Of a stretch of DNA of 64,000 nt, positions 29,889-39,877 are shown in pieces; positions within the stretch are counted from its first letter, which is position 1, and each line of letters opens with the position of its first letter. Source of the stretch: Nitrospinales bacterium (GTDB lineage: Bacteria; Nitrospinota; Nitrospinia; Nitrospinales; VA-1); assembly GCA_965223795.1 (NCBI GenBank), contig CBDCXL010000002.1, forward strand, positions 3,072,001-3,136,000. Reading direction: 5' to 3'. The notes under the pieces are model-generated. The model was not told the DNA's origin, made no database searches, and saw only the letters and a list, made by a program, of their open reading frames with translations. Made by a program: the position numbers and the translations under genes.

Positions 29889-31163
29889 ATGAAACGGTTT
29901 CATATGAGTATTATCGCTGTTTTCGCGGCGGTATTGCTGACCGGAAGCCTGGCGATGGCCCACAATGTGGCCAACGTCAATCAGGATGATTCCAATGACA
30001 ATCAGGCTGAAGTTGAGCAATTGGGCAACAGCAGCATCGCCAATATTGACCAAAGCTACAGCGAAGGCAATACGGCTTCGGTTTATCAGAAAAATCGGAC
30101 TGGTTCTCATCAGAACGCCAATATCTATCAAAGCGGCAAAGCTTCCAGCTGGAACAGCGGTCAGATCGACCAGGTCTTTTCCCAGGGAAGCAACGCGACG
30201 ATCGATCAGAATTGGACGGAAAGAAGCGTCGCTTACATCGGTCAGGAAAATGTCTGGTGGACGGATGCCGAAATCGAGCAGCATGGCGGCGATCACATGG
30301 CCAGCATTCACCAGAGTTCTTTGAATAACAATTTTGGCGATCATTCCCACGCCCGGATCGAGCAGCACGGCTGGTTCCAGAGCGGTAAAATCACCCAGAA
30401 GGGCAGCAGGTACACAAAAGCCCATATCCTTCAGACGGGTGATTACCACAAAGCCGAAATCGTCCAGTTCGACGCCGATGACAGCAAAGCTAGCATCAAG
30501 CAGAGCGGCGTTGTGGGTTACGGCAATGGCAACAAAGCCAAAATCACCCAGACCTATGTCGATTATTCCGAGGCTTCCATTGAACAGTGGGGCGAAAGGA
30601 ACCGCGCATGGATCAACCAGTTTGATGGCGATGGCTTGAAAGCTGAAGTGATCCAGAAGGGCAAGGACAATAAGGCAACTGTCGTGCACCAAACCGGTGA
30701 TGGTCATGATGCCAAAGTGCATCAGGGAGCTTTCGGCAACGGTCCTTGTCGGTTTTGTAACGCCGTTGTGTATCAGCATGGTACCGGTGGACATAACGCT
30801 CACATTGACCAGAACGGTTACCAGTTGACGGCATATGTTGCTCAGACAGGCCAATTTGAAAACAACGCTAATGTCAGCCAGATTGGCGGTTCTCGGAATC
30901 TCGCCATCGTGATTCAGGGCGAGCCTCCGGAACTCATTAGAGGTGGTTGTGAGGGTTGTAATGAGGATGGTCCGTGGAAAGGCGATCATGCCTGGAAGAA
31001 CGGAATGCCGATGGATCCGGATATGCCCTGGATTCCTTTCAACCGGGAAATCAGAGATCCGAAGTTCGTCAACTGGACTGGGGACAGCCCGCATGGTGCT
31101 AATCCTTATCGCTCCAGTAGGAGTGTATTCCCGGGTGGCGGCGTCTTCCTGGGACCCAACTAA
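29889..31163 (+). CDS. Curlin-repeat protein (CsgA-like), His/aromatic-rich, with CxxC motifs and a non-repeat C-terminal tail
   Basis: Signal peptide ...SLAMA, repeated AxIxQxG, CRFC and CEGC, Pro-rich tail. Confidence 0.85.
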   Translation: MKRFHMSIIAVFAAVLLTGSLAMAHNVANVNQDDSNDNQAEVEQLGNSSIANIDQSYSEGNTASVYQKNRTGSHQNANIYQSGKASSWNSGQIDQVFSQGSNATIDQNWTERSVAYIGQENVWWTDAEIEQHGGDHMASIHQSSLNNNFGDHSHARIEQHGWFQSGKITQKGSRYTKAHILQTGDYHKAEIVQFDADDSKASIKQSGVVGYGNGNKAKITQTYVDYSEASIEQWGERNRAWINQFDGDGLKAEVIQKGKDNKATVVHQTGDGHDAKVHQGAFGNGPCRFCNAVVYQHGTGGHNAHIDQNGYQLTAYVAQTGQFENNANVSQIGGSRNLAIVIQGEPPELIRGGCEGCNEDGPWKGDHAWKNGMPMDPDMPWIPFNREIRDPKFVNWTGDSPHGANPYRSSRSVFPGGGVFLGPN

Positions 31164-31236
31164 TGCTAGTTGGTTAAAGCCATTGTTTGAAGTCGTGGGT
31201 GAAGTTGCTTGATTGACTTCTCCTTAGGTTCGAATG

Positions 31237-31275
31237 GGAAGGGGGAGGTTTTCCTCCCCCTTCCACGGCTTTTTT
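31237..31275 (+). terminator. Strong stem-loop/terminator between curlin genes and csgEFG
   Basis: GGAAGGGGGAGG-TTTT-CCTCCCCCTTCC perfect 12-bp stem, T-run 5 nt later. Confidence 0.7.
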
Positions 31276-31290
31276 ATTAGGGAAGTGGAT

Positions 31291-31794
31291 ATGGCTGAGA
31301 AGCAAAAATACAGTTCCGGAGTGAATGCGATTGAAGCCCGTGGTGAAGGGTTCCCTGTGTCCGTGAGATCTCATCACCAAGTGCTTCAAACGATCCTGTG
31401 TTTTGCACTTTGCCTGGTATTTGTTTTTGCAATGCTGGTTTCTCCGGCGGCGGCTCAGAGGGATCTTGGAGAAGATTCCGACGAATGGCTGGGAATAACC
31501 GGACTCATCGTCGATGAGACGATGACGAAAGCCGGACGGGATTTTTACGAATATTTCAGTACTTATTGGCAGCCCATTCGCGGCATGGATTACACGATCT
31601 ACATCGAGGAGCGGGCGGATGTGATTCGCGGCAGCCAGTTCTGGGTGAAAGTGGATGACGATGTGGTGCATCAGTTCCGCCTCAGTCCACGGCAAGGGCA
31701 GATCGAAGAACTCGCTGGATATACCGTATCGAGAGTTTATGGCTATCTCATGCAGCGTCTCACGGTTAAAAAACAACTCGAAGAGCTTTATTAA
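31291..31794 (+). CDS. csgE: Curli assembly protein CsgE
   Basis: ITGLIVDETMTKAGRDFYEYF...IYIEER...GSQFWV; start uncertain. Confidence 0.85.
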   Translation: MAEKQKYSSGVNAIEARGEGFPVSVRSHHQVLQTILCFALCLVFVFAMLVSPAAAQRDLGEDSDEWLGITGLIVDETMTKAGRDFYEYFSTYWQPIRGMDYTIYIEERADVIRGSQFWVKVDDDVVHQFRLSPRQGQIEELAGYTVSRVYGYLMQRLTVKKQLEELY

Positions 31795-31812
31795 TTTAAT
31801 TTGAGGAACATC

Positions 31813-32244
31813 ATGAAATCATTCATTGGGTTTTTGGGGCTGGCTCTGGTGATGAGCTTTTTTGCGATCGCAAAGCCCGTTATCGGAGCGGAGCTGACAC
31901 ATAGTTTTGTCAATCCGAATTTCGGAGGCAGTCCTTTCAACGGGGCGCATCAACTGGCCAACGCCACCTCGCAGAACAAGTTCAAAGAACCGCAGGATGC
32001 TTTCAGCAGCTCTTCTTTTATTCAGTCTTTTGCAGACAGGCTGGATAGGGCGATCGTCAACCAGCTTGCTTTCAGCCTCGTTGACAATGCTTTTGATGGT
32101 GTCGATGAAATCGGCGACGGTGTTTTCGACACGGGAATCAATACCATTACGGTTGAGAGTCTGGGTGATTCCACGCTGGTCACGATTCAGGACAACGCAA
32201 CGGGTGAGTCTTCCACTGTGGAGATTCCCACTTTTGCACCCTGA
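31813..32244 (+). CDS. csgF: Curli assembly protein CsgF
   Basis: Signal, ELTHSFVNPNFGGSPFNG...ATSQNKF...; C-terminal IQDNATGESSTVEIP. Confidence 0.92.
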   Translation: MKSFIGFLGLALVMSFFAIAKPVIGAELTHSFVNPNFGGSPFNGAHQLANATSQNKFKEPQDAFSSSSFIQSFADRLDRAIVNQLAFSLVDNAFDGVDEIGDGVFDTGINTITVESLGDSTLVTIQDNATGESSTVEIPTFAP

Positions 32245-32368
32245 GCTTCAGTGAATTCATGTTGGCTAACTTCTCTATTTTCTAACGGAAGGGATAAGGA
32301 AATCTTTCTGCTTTTTTCTGGAGACAGACGGGACCGGGAGTGGAAAGAAAATTCTTTATAGGAAAACA

Positions 32369-33550
32369 ATGACAATATCTATTAAGAACCGTGCATTCAT
32401 TGTTGTGTTGCTTGGTATTCTGATTGCTTCGGCTGGGTGTTCCGCTAAAATCCAGCCCATCCGGTCCAGTGAAGCAGTTGTGGGATACAACTCCCAGGTA
32501 TCGGGTTTGCTCCATTCCCTGCCGGCACCGGAAGCAAAAATCGTGGTGGGTGTGTACAAATTCCGCGACCAGACCGGGCAATACAAGCCCGGCGGCGCCA
32601 TCACGCAATATTCCACTGCCGTGACCCAGGGGGCGACTTCCATGCTGGTCAAGGCGCTGGCGGATGCAGGAAACGGGAGATGGTTCACGGTTCTTGAGCG
32701 CGAATCGCTGCCCAATCTTTTGAACGAGCGGAAAATCATCCGGCAGACGAGAAAGCAGTATCTCAATAAAGATTCGGCGAAAAACGTTCCCCGGTTGCCG
32801 CCTCTGCTGTATGCGCCCATCATGATGGACGGCGGCGTCATCGCCTATGAAAGCAATCTGCTCACAGGCGGCGCGGGAGCGCGGTATTTCGGAGCCGGCG
32901 GCAACACGCAGTTCCAGCGGGATTCGGTGACGATTTATCTTCGGGCCATATCCGTTAAAAACGGACAGATCGTCAAATCCGTCCTCACCAACAAGACCAT
33001 CTTCTCCCTGGAAGTGGATGCCGGTTTGTTCCGGTTTGTGAGTTTCAAGCGCCTGCTGGAAATCGAAACCGGGTTCACCACCAACGAGCCGCCGCAGATG
33101 GCGGTGCTGGAAGCGATCGAAAAAGCCGTGTACGCCATGGTGATCGAAGGGGTCATGGAAGGACTCTGGAATTTCCAGGATCCACAGGCTGGAAAGCAGT
33201 TTATCGAGGAGTACCTGAAAGAAAAAGATCCCAATCTGGTTGCCAAGTTTGACGAGAAGGGCAACTACATGGGAGAAAACTATGTCCGTCCCGTCAGCGT
33301 GAACAAGCCTTTAAAGAACGGACAAAATGTCGGCAACAAGAAAGTCATGAAAGCTGCTCCCCCAGCTCCACCAGCTCCGGCGGCTTCTCCATTGGCGGAC
33401 TCTTCAGAAATGGTGAAGGACTCGGGAGCACCTCCGTCCAACGGGAAACCCATCAGTCGTGGCAAACCGATTTCTCCACCCCGAGCGATTGAAGACAGCA
33501 TCCAAATCGAACCTCGCCCGCAGGATTACCGCAGACAGGGATTCAATTAA
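32369..33550 (+). CDS. csgG: Curli secretion channel lipoprotein CsgG with C-terminal extension
   Basis: Lipobox SAGC; VYKFRDQTGQYKP, STAVTQGA, LERESLPNLLNERKIIR, TGGAGARYFG, NEP. Confidence 0.96.
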   Translation: MTISIKNRAFIVVLLGILIASAGCSAKIQPIRSSEAVVGYNSQVSGLLHSLPAPEAKIVVGVYKFRDQTGQYKPGGAITQYSTAVTQGATSMLVKALADAGNGRWFTVLERESLPNLLNERKIIRQTRKQYLNKDSAKNVPRLPPLLYAPIMMDGGVIAYESNLLTGGAGARYFGAGGNTQFQRDSVTIYLRAISVKNGQIVKSVLTNKTIFSLEVDAGLFRFVSFKRLLEIETGFTTNEPPQMAVLEAIEKAVYAMVIEGVMEGLWNFQDPQAGKQFIEEYLKEKDPNLVAKFDEKGNYMGENYVRPVSVNKPLKNGQNVGNKKVMKAAPPAPPAPAASPLADSSEMVKDSGAPPSNGKPISRGKPISPPRAIEDSIQIEPRPQDYRRQGFN

Positions 33551-33614
33551 CCGGCTCAAAATTTAAAAAGATACTTTGAGCAAATAACGGGTTCCATTAT
33601 AAAAAATTACAATA

Positions 33615-34163
33615 ATGGTTATGGTTAAATATAATGCCTGGATTATCAACGCCGCGTGGATGCTTTGGATTCTTTCAGGATGCTCGATTTCTAAAAATTC
33701 AAGAACGGCGCAAATTGTGGATCCCACGGTCGTGAAAAGACACATCGATGCGGAATATTCCACCGCGTTCAATGCCTGCGCGCATGCTCTTTTCACTCTG
33801 GGATACAGAATGCGGCAATACGATCGACAAAAAGGGATTCTTGTGGGGGCGAAGAATTCGGGCACTGTCGATAAACGGGCATCCCGGGATGCGCTGTTTC
33901 AACATGCGGGCGGAAATGGAGAGGCTCTAGTTATGGAGAAGATCCATTTACGCCTTGTGAGAACGGACAAGGCCGATGCCACGGCCGTTTACTTTCAGGT
34001 TATCGTGAACGGCAAGCCGGAGATTCAATACTCCATTGTCGAGTCGTTCTGGATCGTGGCGCAAAAAGAGGCCGTGCTGGAAAAGGGGGGCAGGGCTCCC
34101 GCCTCGTATGAGCCGGACTACCGAGCCATGCGAAACATGGCACTATCCAGAGTGAATTCATAA
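33615..34163 (+). CDS. Hypothetical lipoprotein downstream of csgG
   Basis: Lipobox ILSGC; co-oriented with the csg genes. Confidence 0.65.
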   Translation: MVMVKYNAWIINAAWMLWILSGCSISKNSRTAQIVDPTVVKRHIDAEYSTAFNACAHALFTLGYRMRQYDRQKGILVGAKNSGTVDKRASRDALFQHAGGNGEALVMEKIHLRLVRTDKADATAVYFQVIVNGKPEIQYSIVESFWIVAQKEAVLEKGGRAPASYEPDYRAMRNMALSRVNS

Positions 34164-34217
34164 CGGAATACGGGAAGGTGTGAATTCCGGTCACGGTGTT
34201 TCATCGTTACTGCAAAT

Positions 34218-35024
34218 TCACTTTGCATCCTTCACGCAGCGGAAGCCGAGGGTCTTGCTGCGCAGGTTGGGGACCGTGGCGTTGCGGTACGTCAGGCTGA
34301 TGTCCTCGGCGTTGTTTCTCCAGTTGCCCCCGCGAATGACCTTGTACTTTCCTTTCTCGGGGCCGGTCGGATTCTCTTTCGGTGAAAACAGGTAGAATTC
34401 CGCCAGGTGCCAGTCGTGCACCCATTCGGACACGTTGCCCGAAAGGTCGTACACGCCATAATCCGATTTGCCGGTTTCGTAGGAACCCACCGGCGCGGTT
34501 TTGTTCAAAGTTTCGTTGAAGTTCACCCGCGTGGCGTCGGGCGTTTCGTCGCCCCAGGGGTATTCGATGGGTCGTTTGCCGCGCGCCGCCTTTTCCCATT
34601 CCGCTTCAGTCGGCAGACGTTTTCCCGCCCACTTGCAGTAGCTGTCCGCTTCTTTCCAGGACATGCCCGCCGCGGGTTGACGCTCTCCGCTGAAATCCGG
34701 ATCGTTCATGGAAACGGGTTTGCGGGCTCCTGTGGCGTCCACAAATTTCATGTACTCGGCGTTGGTGACTTCGTATTTATCGATGTAGTACGCATCGACG
34801 TGCACCCGGTGCGCCGGGTTTTCCGGGCCGAGGGTGTGCCGGTCTGTGTTCAATAGATCGACCGGATCCAGTTCCAGCAGGGACTTGCGGTTTCCCATCT
34901 CGTACATGCCAGCGGGTATCAGCACCATCGTGTCTTCGCCCGCGGACGCATCCGCGGATACGGTGTCCGCCGCCGCCATCAGCAGCCCGAACAGAGCGAT
35001 TCCAATATAAGCCGTTCTTTTCAT
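34218..35024 (-). CDS. Exported SUMF1/FGE-sulfatase-domain protein
   Basis: YEVTNAEY, RLPTEAEWEKAARG, YDLSGNVSEW, RGGNW, GFRC; lacks the FGE catalytic Cys pair. Confidence 0.9.
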   Translation of the reverse strand: MKRTAYIGIALFGLLMAAADTVSADASAGEDTMVLIPAGMYEMGNRKSLLELDPVDLLNTDRHTLGPENPAHRVHVDAYYIDKYEVTNAEYMKFVDATGARKPVSMNDPDFSGERQPAAGMSWKEADSYCKWAGKRLPTEAEWEKAARGKRPIEYPWGDETPDATRVNFNETLNKTAPVGSYETGKSDYGVYDLSGNVSEWVHDWHLAEFYLFSPKENPTGPEKGKYKVIRGGNWRNNAEDISLTYRNATVPNLRSKTLGFRCVKDAK

Positions 35025-35256
35025 GCTTTCCTCAAACAATGAACCATTTTACAAGTGTTTTGATTTATACACCCGGTTTTGCCTTGGCGCACTACCATAA
35101 ACAGGGGGTTTTGACCCGGCGCAACAGGCTGCGGCCGGTTTGATTTGACACACTATTTTATAAGGTATAGAATTTTATCATATCGTTGAAGATTTGTAAT
35201 TTCATTGGGATAGAGCCAAAGCCGCTGCGTTTCTTTGGAATTTCCCGCCGCCGACC

Positions 35257-35658
35257 ATGGACAAGCCCAAAAAAGAAACCCTTCTGAACCAGAATACAGA
35301 CTCGAAGCTGTGTCTGAACTGCGGGTTTCCCAACAGGACCAGCGACGCGCACTGCATGTACTGCCACACCAGCTTGCGCGAAGACGACGGCATCCTTTCC
35401 TGGATTCGGCAAACCTATTACATTCTCAGGTGGCGCTGGGAGCTCAAGCGCAAGCAGAAGGAAAAAGCGGCAAAACCCCAGGGCATGTCGGTTGCCAAAT
35501 CCGTGGGGTATTTTCTGGTGGGCGCCGCTCTGAGCGGTGTGGGCATTTTCGTGTTCACCGATGCGGTCGGCAGCCATTCATTCACACGCGCCATCATCGC
35601 CCTGCTGTTCCTCTTCTACGGGTTCTTCACCCTCAAGGCCCTGTTCAACAAAAAATAG
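35257..35658 (+). CDS. Zinc-ribbon membrane protein
   Basis: CLNC...CMYC followed by two C-terminal TMs. Confidence 0.7.
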   Translation: MDKPKKETLLNQNTDSKLCLNCGFPNRTSDAHCMYCHTSLREDDGILSWIRQTYYILRWRWELKRKQKEKAAKPQGMSVAKSVGYFLVGAALSGVGIFVFTDAVGSHSFTRAIIALLFLFYGFFTLKALFNKK

Positions 35659-35716
35659 TTTCCTCTCTTCCAGCGTTCCGTTCACTCTGCCAGAATTCAA
35701 TCCGCCTCCATCCGCC

Positions 35717-36520
35717 TTAAGGATCGGGATCGATTTCCGCTATGATCCTTAAAGGACCGCCGCTGCCCCGGCCGATCTTCATGGGCAGGGCGATCACACG
35801 GAACCCTGTGGGCGGCAGCTGATTCAGATTGCAGACGTTTTCAAAGCCGGGAACGTTGGCCTTGCCGAAGATCCGGTGCGCCATAAAATCCCTGGATTGC
35901 CCCCTGTCCAGGCTGGGTGTGTCCAGACCGACGGAGGCGACGTTGCGTTCCGCGGTCAGAAATCGGGCAGCTTCGGCGCTGTATCCGGGAAAATGCAGGT
36001 TCGCCACGTCACCGGGCAAATCCGTGCCCAGGTATTTCTTTTTGTCCGGCCAGAACTCCTCCCAGCCCGTGCGCACCAGAACGATGGCCCCTGCCGGTAT
36101 TCTGCCGTGCTGCGCCTCCCAGGCGGTGAAATCCTCCTTGCGGATCAGATAGTCCGGCCGGTTGCGGGCGTTCCCGCTCACATCGACCACGATCCCCGGC
36201 GCGATCAGCCGGTTCATGGGGATGTCGTCGGTGTGCCATTTCCCCTCGGCGAAATGGGCCGGGGCGTCCAGATGCGTGCCGCCGTGTTCGGAGGCGCTGA
36301 TGTCGTTCGATTCGTACCAGTAGCCGCCCGGCGTGGGGCCCTCGTGGGTTTTCTCCAGCTTGAACGGCTTCCCGGTGGGCCAGTAGATGGTGGACGCGTC
36401 GAAGGCATGCGTCAGGTCCACCCAGCGTGGGCCCGCCTGCGCCAGCGGGGAGTTCGCCAGGAGGAACAGGGCCGCGGCGAGGGCGAGCCGGTTTTTGCTG
36501 AATAACGCCAAGACTTTCAC
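35717..36520 (-). CDS. Exported cyclase family (kynurenine formamidase-like) metallohydrolase
   Basis: SEHGGTHLDAPAHF, RTGW, GLDTPSLD, GSGGPLR. Confidence 0.9.
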   Translation of the reverse strand: MKVLALFSKNRLALAAALFLLANSPLAQAGPRWVDLTHAFDASTIYWPTGKPFKLEKTHEGPTPGGYWYESNDISASEHGGTHLDAPAHFAEGKWHTDDIPMNRLIAPGIVVDVSGNARNRPDYLIRKEDFTAWEAQHGRIPAGAIVLVRTGWEEFWPDKKKYLGTDLPGDVANLHFPGYSAEAARFLTAERNVASVGLDTPSLDRGQSRDFMAHRIFGKANVPGFENVCNLNQLPPTGFRVIALPMKIGRGSGGPLRIIAEIDPDP

Positions 36521-36610
36521 GTCGCCTCCTCAAGCCGGAAAGAGGGGAAGAATCTTTTTGTGAACCCGTGTATCCTAATATAACACGATTGTATTGATCG
36601 GCCTTAAGCC

Positions 36611-39091
36611 ATGTCCACCACACAGACCCCCATCTCGAAACACATAAAGCTCCCCGTCAAAGGAATGAGCTGCGCCAGCTGCAGCGCGCGCATCGAGAAA
36701 AAAGTGGGCTCCCTCGCGGGGGTCGAAAAGGCCAGCGTCAATTTCGGCGCCGGGCAGGCCGACATCGACTTCGATCCCGCAACGGTCTCCCCGCAGCAGA
36801 TCACCGGCACCATTGAAAATCTCGGCTTTGAAATTCCCGGCGTGCGCCGGAGTTTCGCCGTGGAGGGCATGACCTGCGCCTCCTGCGTGTCCAGGGTCGA
36901 GAAAGCGCTCGCAAAGCAGGAGGGCGTGCTCGACGTCCAGGTCAACCTGGCTTCCGAAAAAGCGGTGGTGCACTACCTGCCCGCCCTGGCGGATGTGCAG
37001 GACTTTCAGGACCGCCTTCAGGAGATGGGCTACACCCTGCGTATCGAGGAGGCCGAAGAAGGGGCCGGGGAGCGGCCGGACCCGGCCGAACAGGAGCACG
37101 CGCTGCTCAAGCGCAAGCTCATCGTCAGCGCCGTCCTGAGCGCCGCCGTCATGGTGCTGAGCATGCGGCCGCCCGCCGCCCTGCAGCCAGGCTCCTTGCC
37201 GCATTTTTTGCTGCTGTTCGTGCTGGCGACGCCTGTGCAGTTCTGGGCGGGCTGGCAGTTTTACCGCGGCGCGGCCGCGGCGCTCAGGCACGGATACTCG
37301 GACATGAACACGCTGATCGCCGTGGGCACCACCGCCGCCTACGGGTTCAGCGCCTTCGCCACGTTTTTCCCGGACACGCTCAGAAAACTCGGCCAGCAGG
37401 CGGTGGTGTACTTCGACACTTCGGCGATGATCGTGACGCTGGTGCTTCTGGGCCGCTGGCTGGAAGCCAGGGCGAAAAGCCGGACCTCCGATGCGATCAA
37501 AAAACTGATGCAGCTTCAGCCCAAGACCGCACGGGTCGAACGGGCAGGGGAGGAGACCGAGATTCCCATTGCCCAGGTGCAGCCCGGAGACACGGTGGTG
37601 GTGCGGCCGGGAGAAAAAATTCCGGTGGACGGGACGGTCCTGGAAGGGGCGACGGCGGTGGACGAATCGCTGGTCACCGGAGAGAGCCTGCCGGTGGAAA
37701 AACAGGCCGGCGATTCTGTAGTAGGTGCGAGCCTCAACACGACCGGTTTTTTCAAGCTCAGGGCGACGCGGCTCGGCAAGGATTCCGTGCTGGCGCAGAT
37801 TATAAAGATGGTCGAGGAAGCCCAGGGCTCGAAAGCGCCGGTGCAGCGGCTCGCCGACAAGGTCGCGGGCATCTTCGTGCCTGTGGTCATCGCGTTTGCG
37901 GTCCTGGCGTTCGCCGTCTGGTGGGGCTTCGGCGAGAAGCTCGCGGTGCTGCCCGCCACGCCGTTTCTGTTCGCGCTGATGATCTTCGTCGCCGTGCTGA
38001 TCATCGCCTGTCCCTGTGCGCTGGGGCTCGCCACGCCCACCGCCATCATGGTGGGGACCGGCCGCGGCGCGGAACTGGGCATCCTGATCAAGGGCGGCGA
38101 AACGCTGGAGCAGGTGCAGGCGCTCGACACCGTGGTGTTCGACAAGACCGGCACCCTCACCTGGGGGCGGCCGGAGGTGACCGACGTGTTTTTGGAAGGG
38201 CAGGCGGATCTGTCCGCGGACCGGCTGGTGCAGCTCGCCGCTTCCGTGGAGAAGGGATCCGAGCATCCCCTGAGCCAGGCGGTGGTGCGCGAGGCGGAGC
38301 GCCGCGGTCTCAAGCTGCTTCCCGTCGAGAACTTTGAGTCTAAGCCCGGCTTCGGCGTGCGCGGCCAGGTGGACGGACTGGACCTGCTGCTGGGCAATCC
38401 CAAATTGATGCAGCAGGAGGAAATCGATTATTCGGCGCTCAGGGAACGGATCGAGGAGATGGCGCGTCAGGGAAAAACCCCGATGATCCTCGCCCTCGGC
38501 GGCAAAGCGGTGGGCGTGCTGGCGGCGGCGGACACGGTGAAACCCAATGCCGCGGCGGCGGTGCAGCAGCTCAAGGACCTGGGTCTCGACGTGGCGATGA
38601 TCACCGGCGATCATGTCCACACGGCGCAGGCCATTGCCCGGCAGCTCCACATCGACACGGTGCTCGCGGAGGTGCTGCCGGAAGGCAAGGCGGATGAAGT
38701 GAAGCGGCTGATGCAGGAAGGCCGCGTGGTGGCGATGGTGGGCGACGGCATCAACGATGCGCCCGCACTTGCGAGCGCGCACACCGGCATCGCCATGGGC
38801 TCGGGCACCGACGTGGCGGTGGAAGCCTCGGACATCACGCTGATGACCCAGGACCTGCACGCGGTCGCCGACGCCATCGAGCTGAGCCGCAAGACGCTGG
38901 GGAAGATCCGGCAGAACCTGTTCTGGGCCTTCTTTTACAATGTATTGGGAATCCCCCTCGCGGCGGGGGCGCTGTTTCCCGCCTACGGGATCGTCTTAAA
39001 ACCGATCTTCGCCGCGGCGGCCATGTCGCTGAGCTCCGTTTCGGTGGTCGGCAACGCGCTGCTGCTCAAACGGTTTCAACCCCGCAGGTAG
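36611..39091 (+). CDS. copA: Copper-translocating P1B-type ATPase
   Basis: Two GMxCxxC HMA domains, [27 protein letters not shown]. Confidence 0.95.
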   Translation: MSTTQTPISKHIKLPVKGMSCASCSARIEKKVGSLAGVEKASVNFGAGQADIDFDPATVSPQQITGTIENLGFEIPGVRRSFAVEGMTCASCVSRVEKALAKQEGVLDVQVNLASEKAVVHYLPALADVQDFQDRLQEMGYTLRIEEAEEGAGERPDPAEQEHALLKRKLIVSAVLSAAVMVLSMRPPAALQPGSLPHFLLLFVLATPVQFWAGWQFYRGAAAALRHGYSDMNTLIAVGTTAAYGFSAFATFFPDTLRKLGQQAVVYFDTSAMIVTLVLLGRWLEARAKSRTSDAIKKLMQLQPKTARVERAGEETEIPIAQVQPGDTVVVRPGEKIPVDGTVLEGATAVDESLVTGESLPVEKQAGDSVVGASLNTTGFFKLRATRLGKDSVLAQIIKMVEEAQGSKAPVQRLADKVAGIFVPVVIAFAVLAFAVWWGFGEKLAVLPATPFLFALMIFVAVLIIACPCALGLATPTAIMVGTGRGAELGILIKGGETLEQVQALDTVVFDKTGTLTWGRPEVTDVFLEGQADLSADRLVQLAASVEKGSEHPLSQAVVREAERRGLKLLPVENFESKPGFGVRGQVDGLDLLLGNPKLMQQEEIDYSALRERIEEMARQGKTPMILALGGKAVGVLAAADTVKPNAAAAVQQLKDLGLDVAMITGDHVHTAQAIARQLHIDTVLAEVLPEGKADEVKRLMQEGRVVAMVGDGINDAPALASAHTGIAMGSGTDVAVEASDITLMTQDLHAVADAIELSRKTLGKIRQNLFWAFFYNVLGIPLAAGALFPAYGIVLKPIFAAAAMSLSSVSVVGNALLLKRFQPRR

Positions 39092-39215
39092 ACCTTTGCA
39101 TAAGCCGGGTGTACCCGAACCTGATTTTTCCCATGTCACCCTGAGCTTGTCGAAGGGTGTCGAATCATGCTTCGACAGGCTCAGCATGACAGGGAAACGA
39201 CTTATGCAAAGATCT
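39090..39215. mobile_element. MITE-like element with 15-bp terminal inverted repeats and internal REP-like palindrome
   Basis: AGACCTTTGCATAAG ... CTTATGCAAAGATCT (14/15); internal GTCACCCTGAGCTTGTCGAAG...CTTCGACAGGCTCAGCATGAC. Confidence 0.6.
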
Positions 39216-39300
39216 CCAGGGGGGTGAAACAATGGGGCCGTCTGTCCATTCCTGTCGAAAATCGCTTGATTTGTGTGCCTGTGTGGGGAATGATAGGCGC

Positions 39301-39711
39301 ATGAGAAAGCGTTTTTTCCTGTCAGGCGTTCTGCTCCTGGTTCCGCTGCTTGCGGCGGGCTTGGCTTATGCCGGCGGGCATTCCGGCCACCATCACGGGG
39401 ATGCGGTGTCTCCGTTTGAAAAACAGGGGCTGCCTGTGCATTGCGCCCTGATGGGCCATTCGGTGAACAAACCCTGTCCCCATATTCTGCGTTCCACCGA
39501 ACGCACCGGCAGCAAGCCGGTGTTCCTATCGGCCGGCTGTGAAGGCTCGCCAGGCGCTGCCGGCGGCACCGGTTACGATACCGTGACGCCGATGGGCGAG
39601 ATCGTTCCCGACTTCCACACGCAACTGAACGCAACGCCAGCCGGATTCAAGAGTCCGTTTTCTTCTTCCTCAATTCCCACTCGCATCGAGCACCCGCCCC
39701 GCTCCGTCTGA
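39301..39711 (+). CDS. Small exported His/Cys protein ending in ...RIEHPPRSV (DUF2946-like)
   Basis: Signal peptide, HSGHHH, HCALMGHS..KPCPH, C-terminal HPP. Confidence 0.6.
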   Translation: MRKRFFLSGVLLLVPLLAAGLAYAGGHSGHHHGDAVSPFEKQGLPVHCALMGHSVNKPCPHILRSTERTGSKPVFLSAGCEGSPGAAGGTGYDTVTPMGEIVPDFHTQLNATPAGFKSPFSSSSIPTRIEHPPRSV

Positions 39712-39877
39712 CCCAGACTCACGTTTGACTCAAAGCCCGGTTTTGGGAGAACCGCCCGTGGATGATTCCGCGTTGCGTCAGCCTGTGCCGATCCGTATTT
39801 ATGGCCGTCCATGACTCTCAGAGCATGCCTGATTTTCCCGAACACGGGTAAACGTTTTCGTTTGTGGGGAGGTCATC

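Noticed and set aside
28338..31094. Long minus-strand repetitive ORFs (447 aa, 409 aa) opposite the curlins
   Set aside because: Mirror of the repetitive coding strand; no RBS or independent signature
25830..34210. Curli block as an active mobile island
   Set aside because: No integrase, transposase, tRNA site or flanking direct repeat seen; acquisition is inferred only from composition
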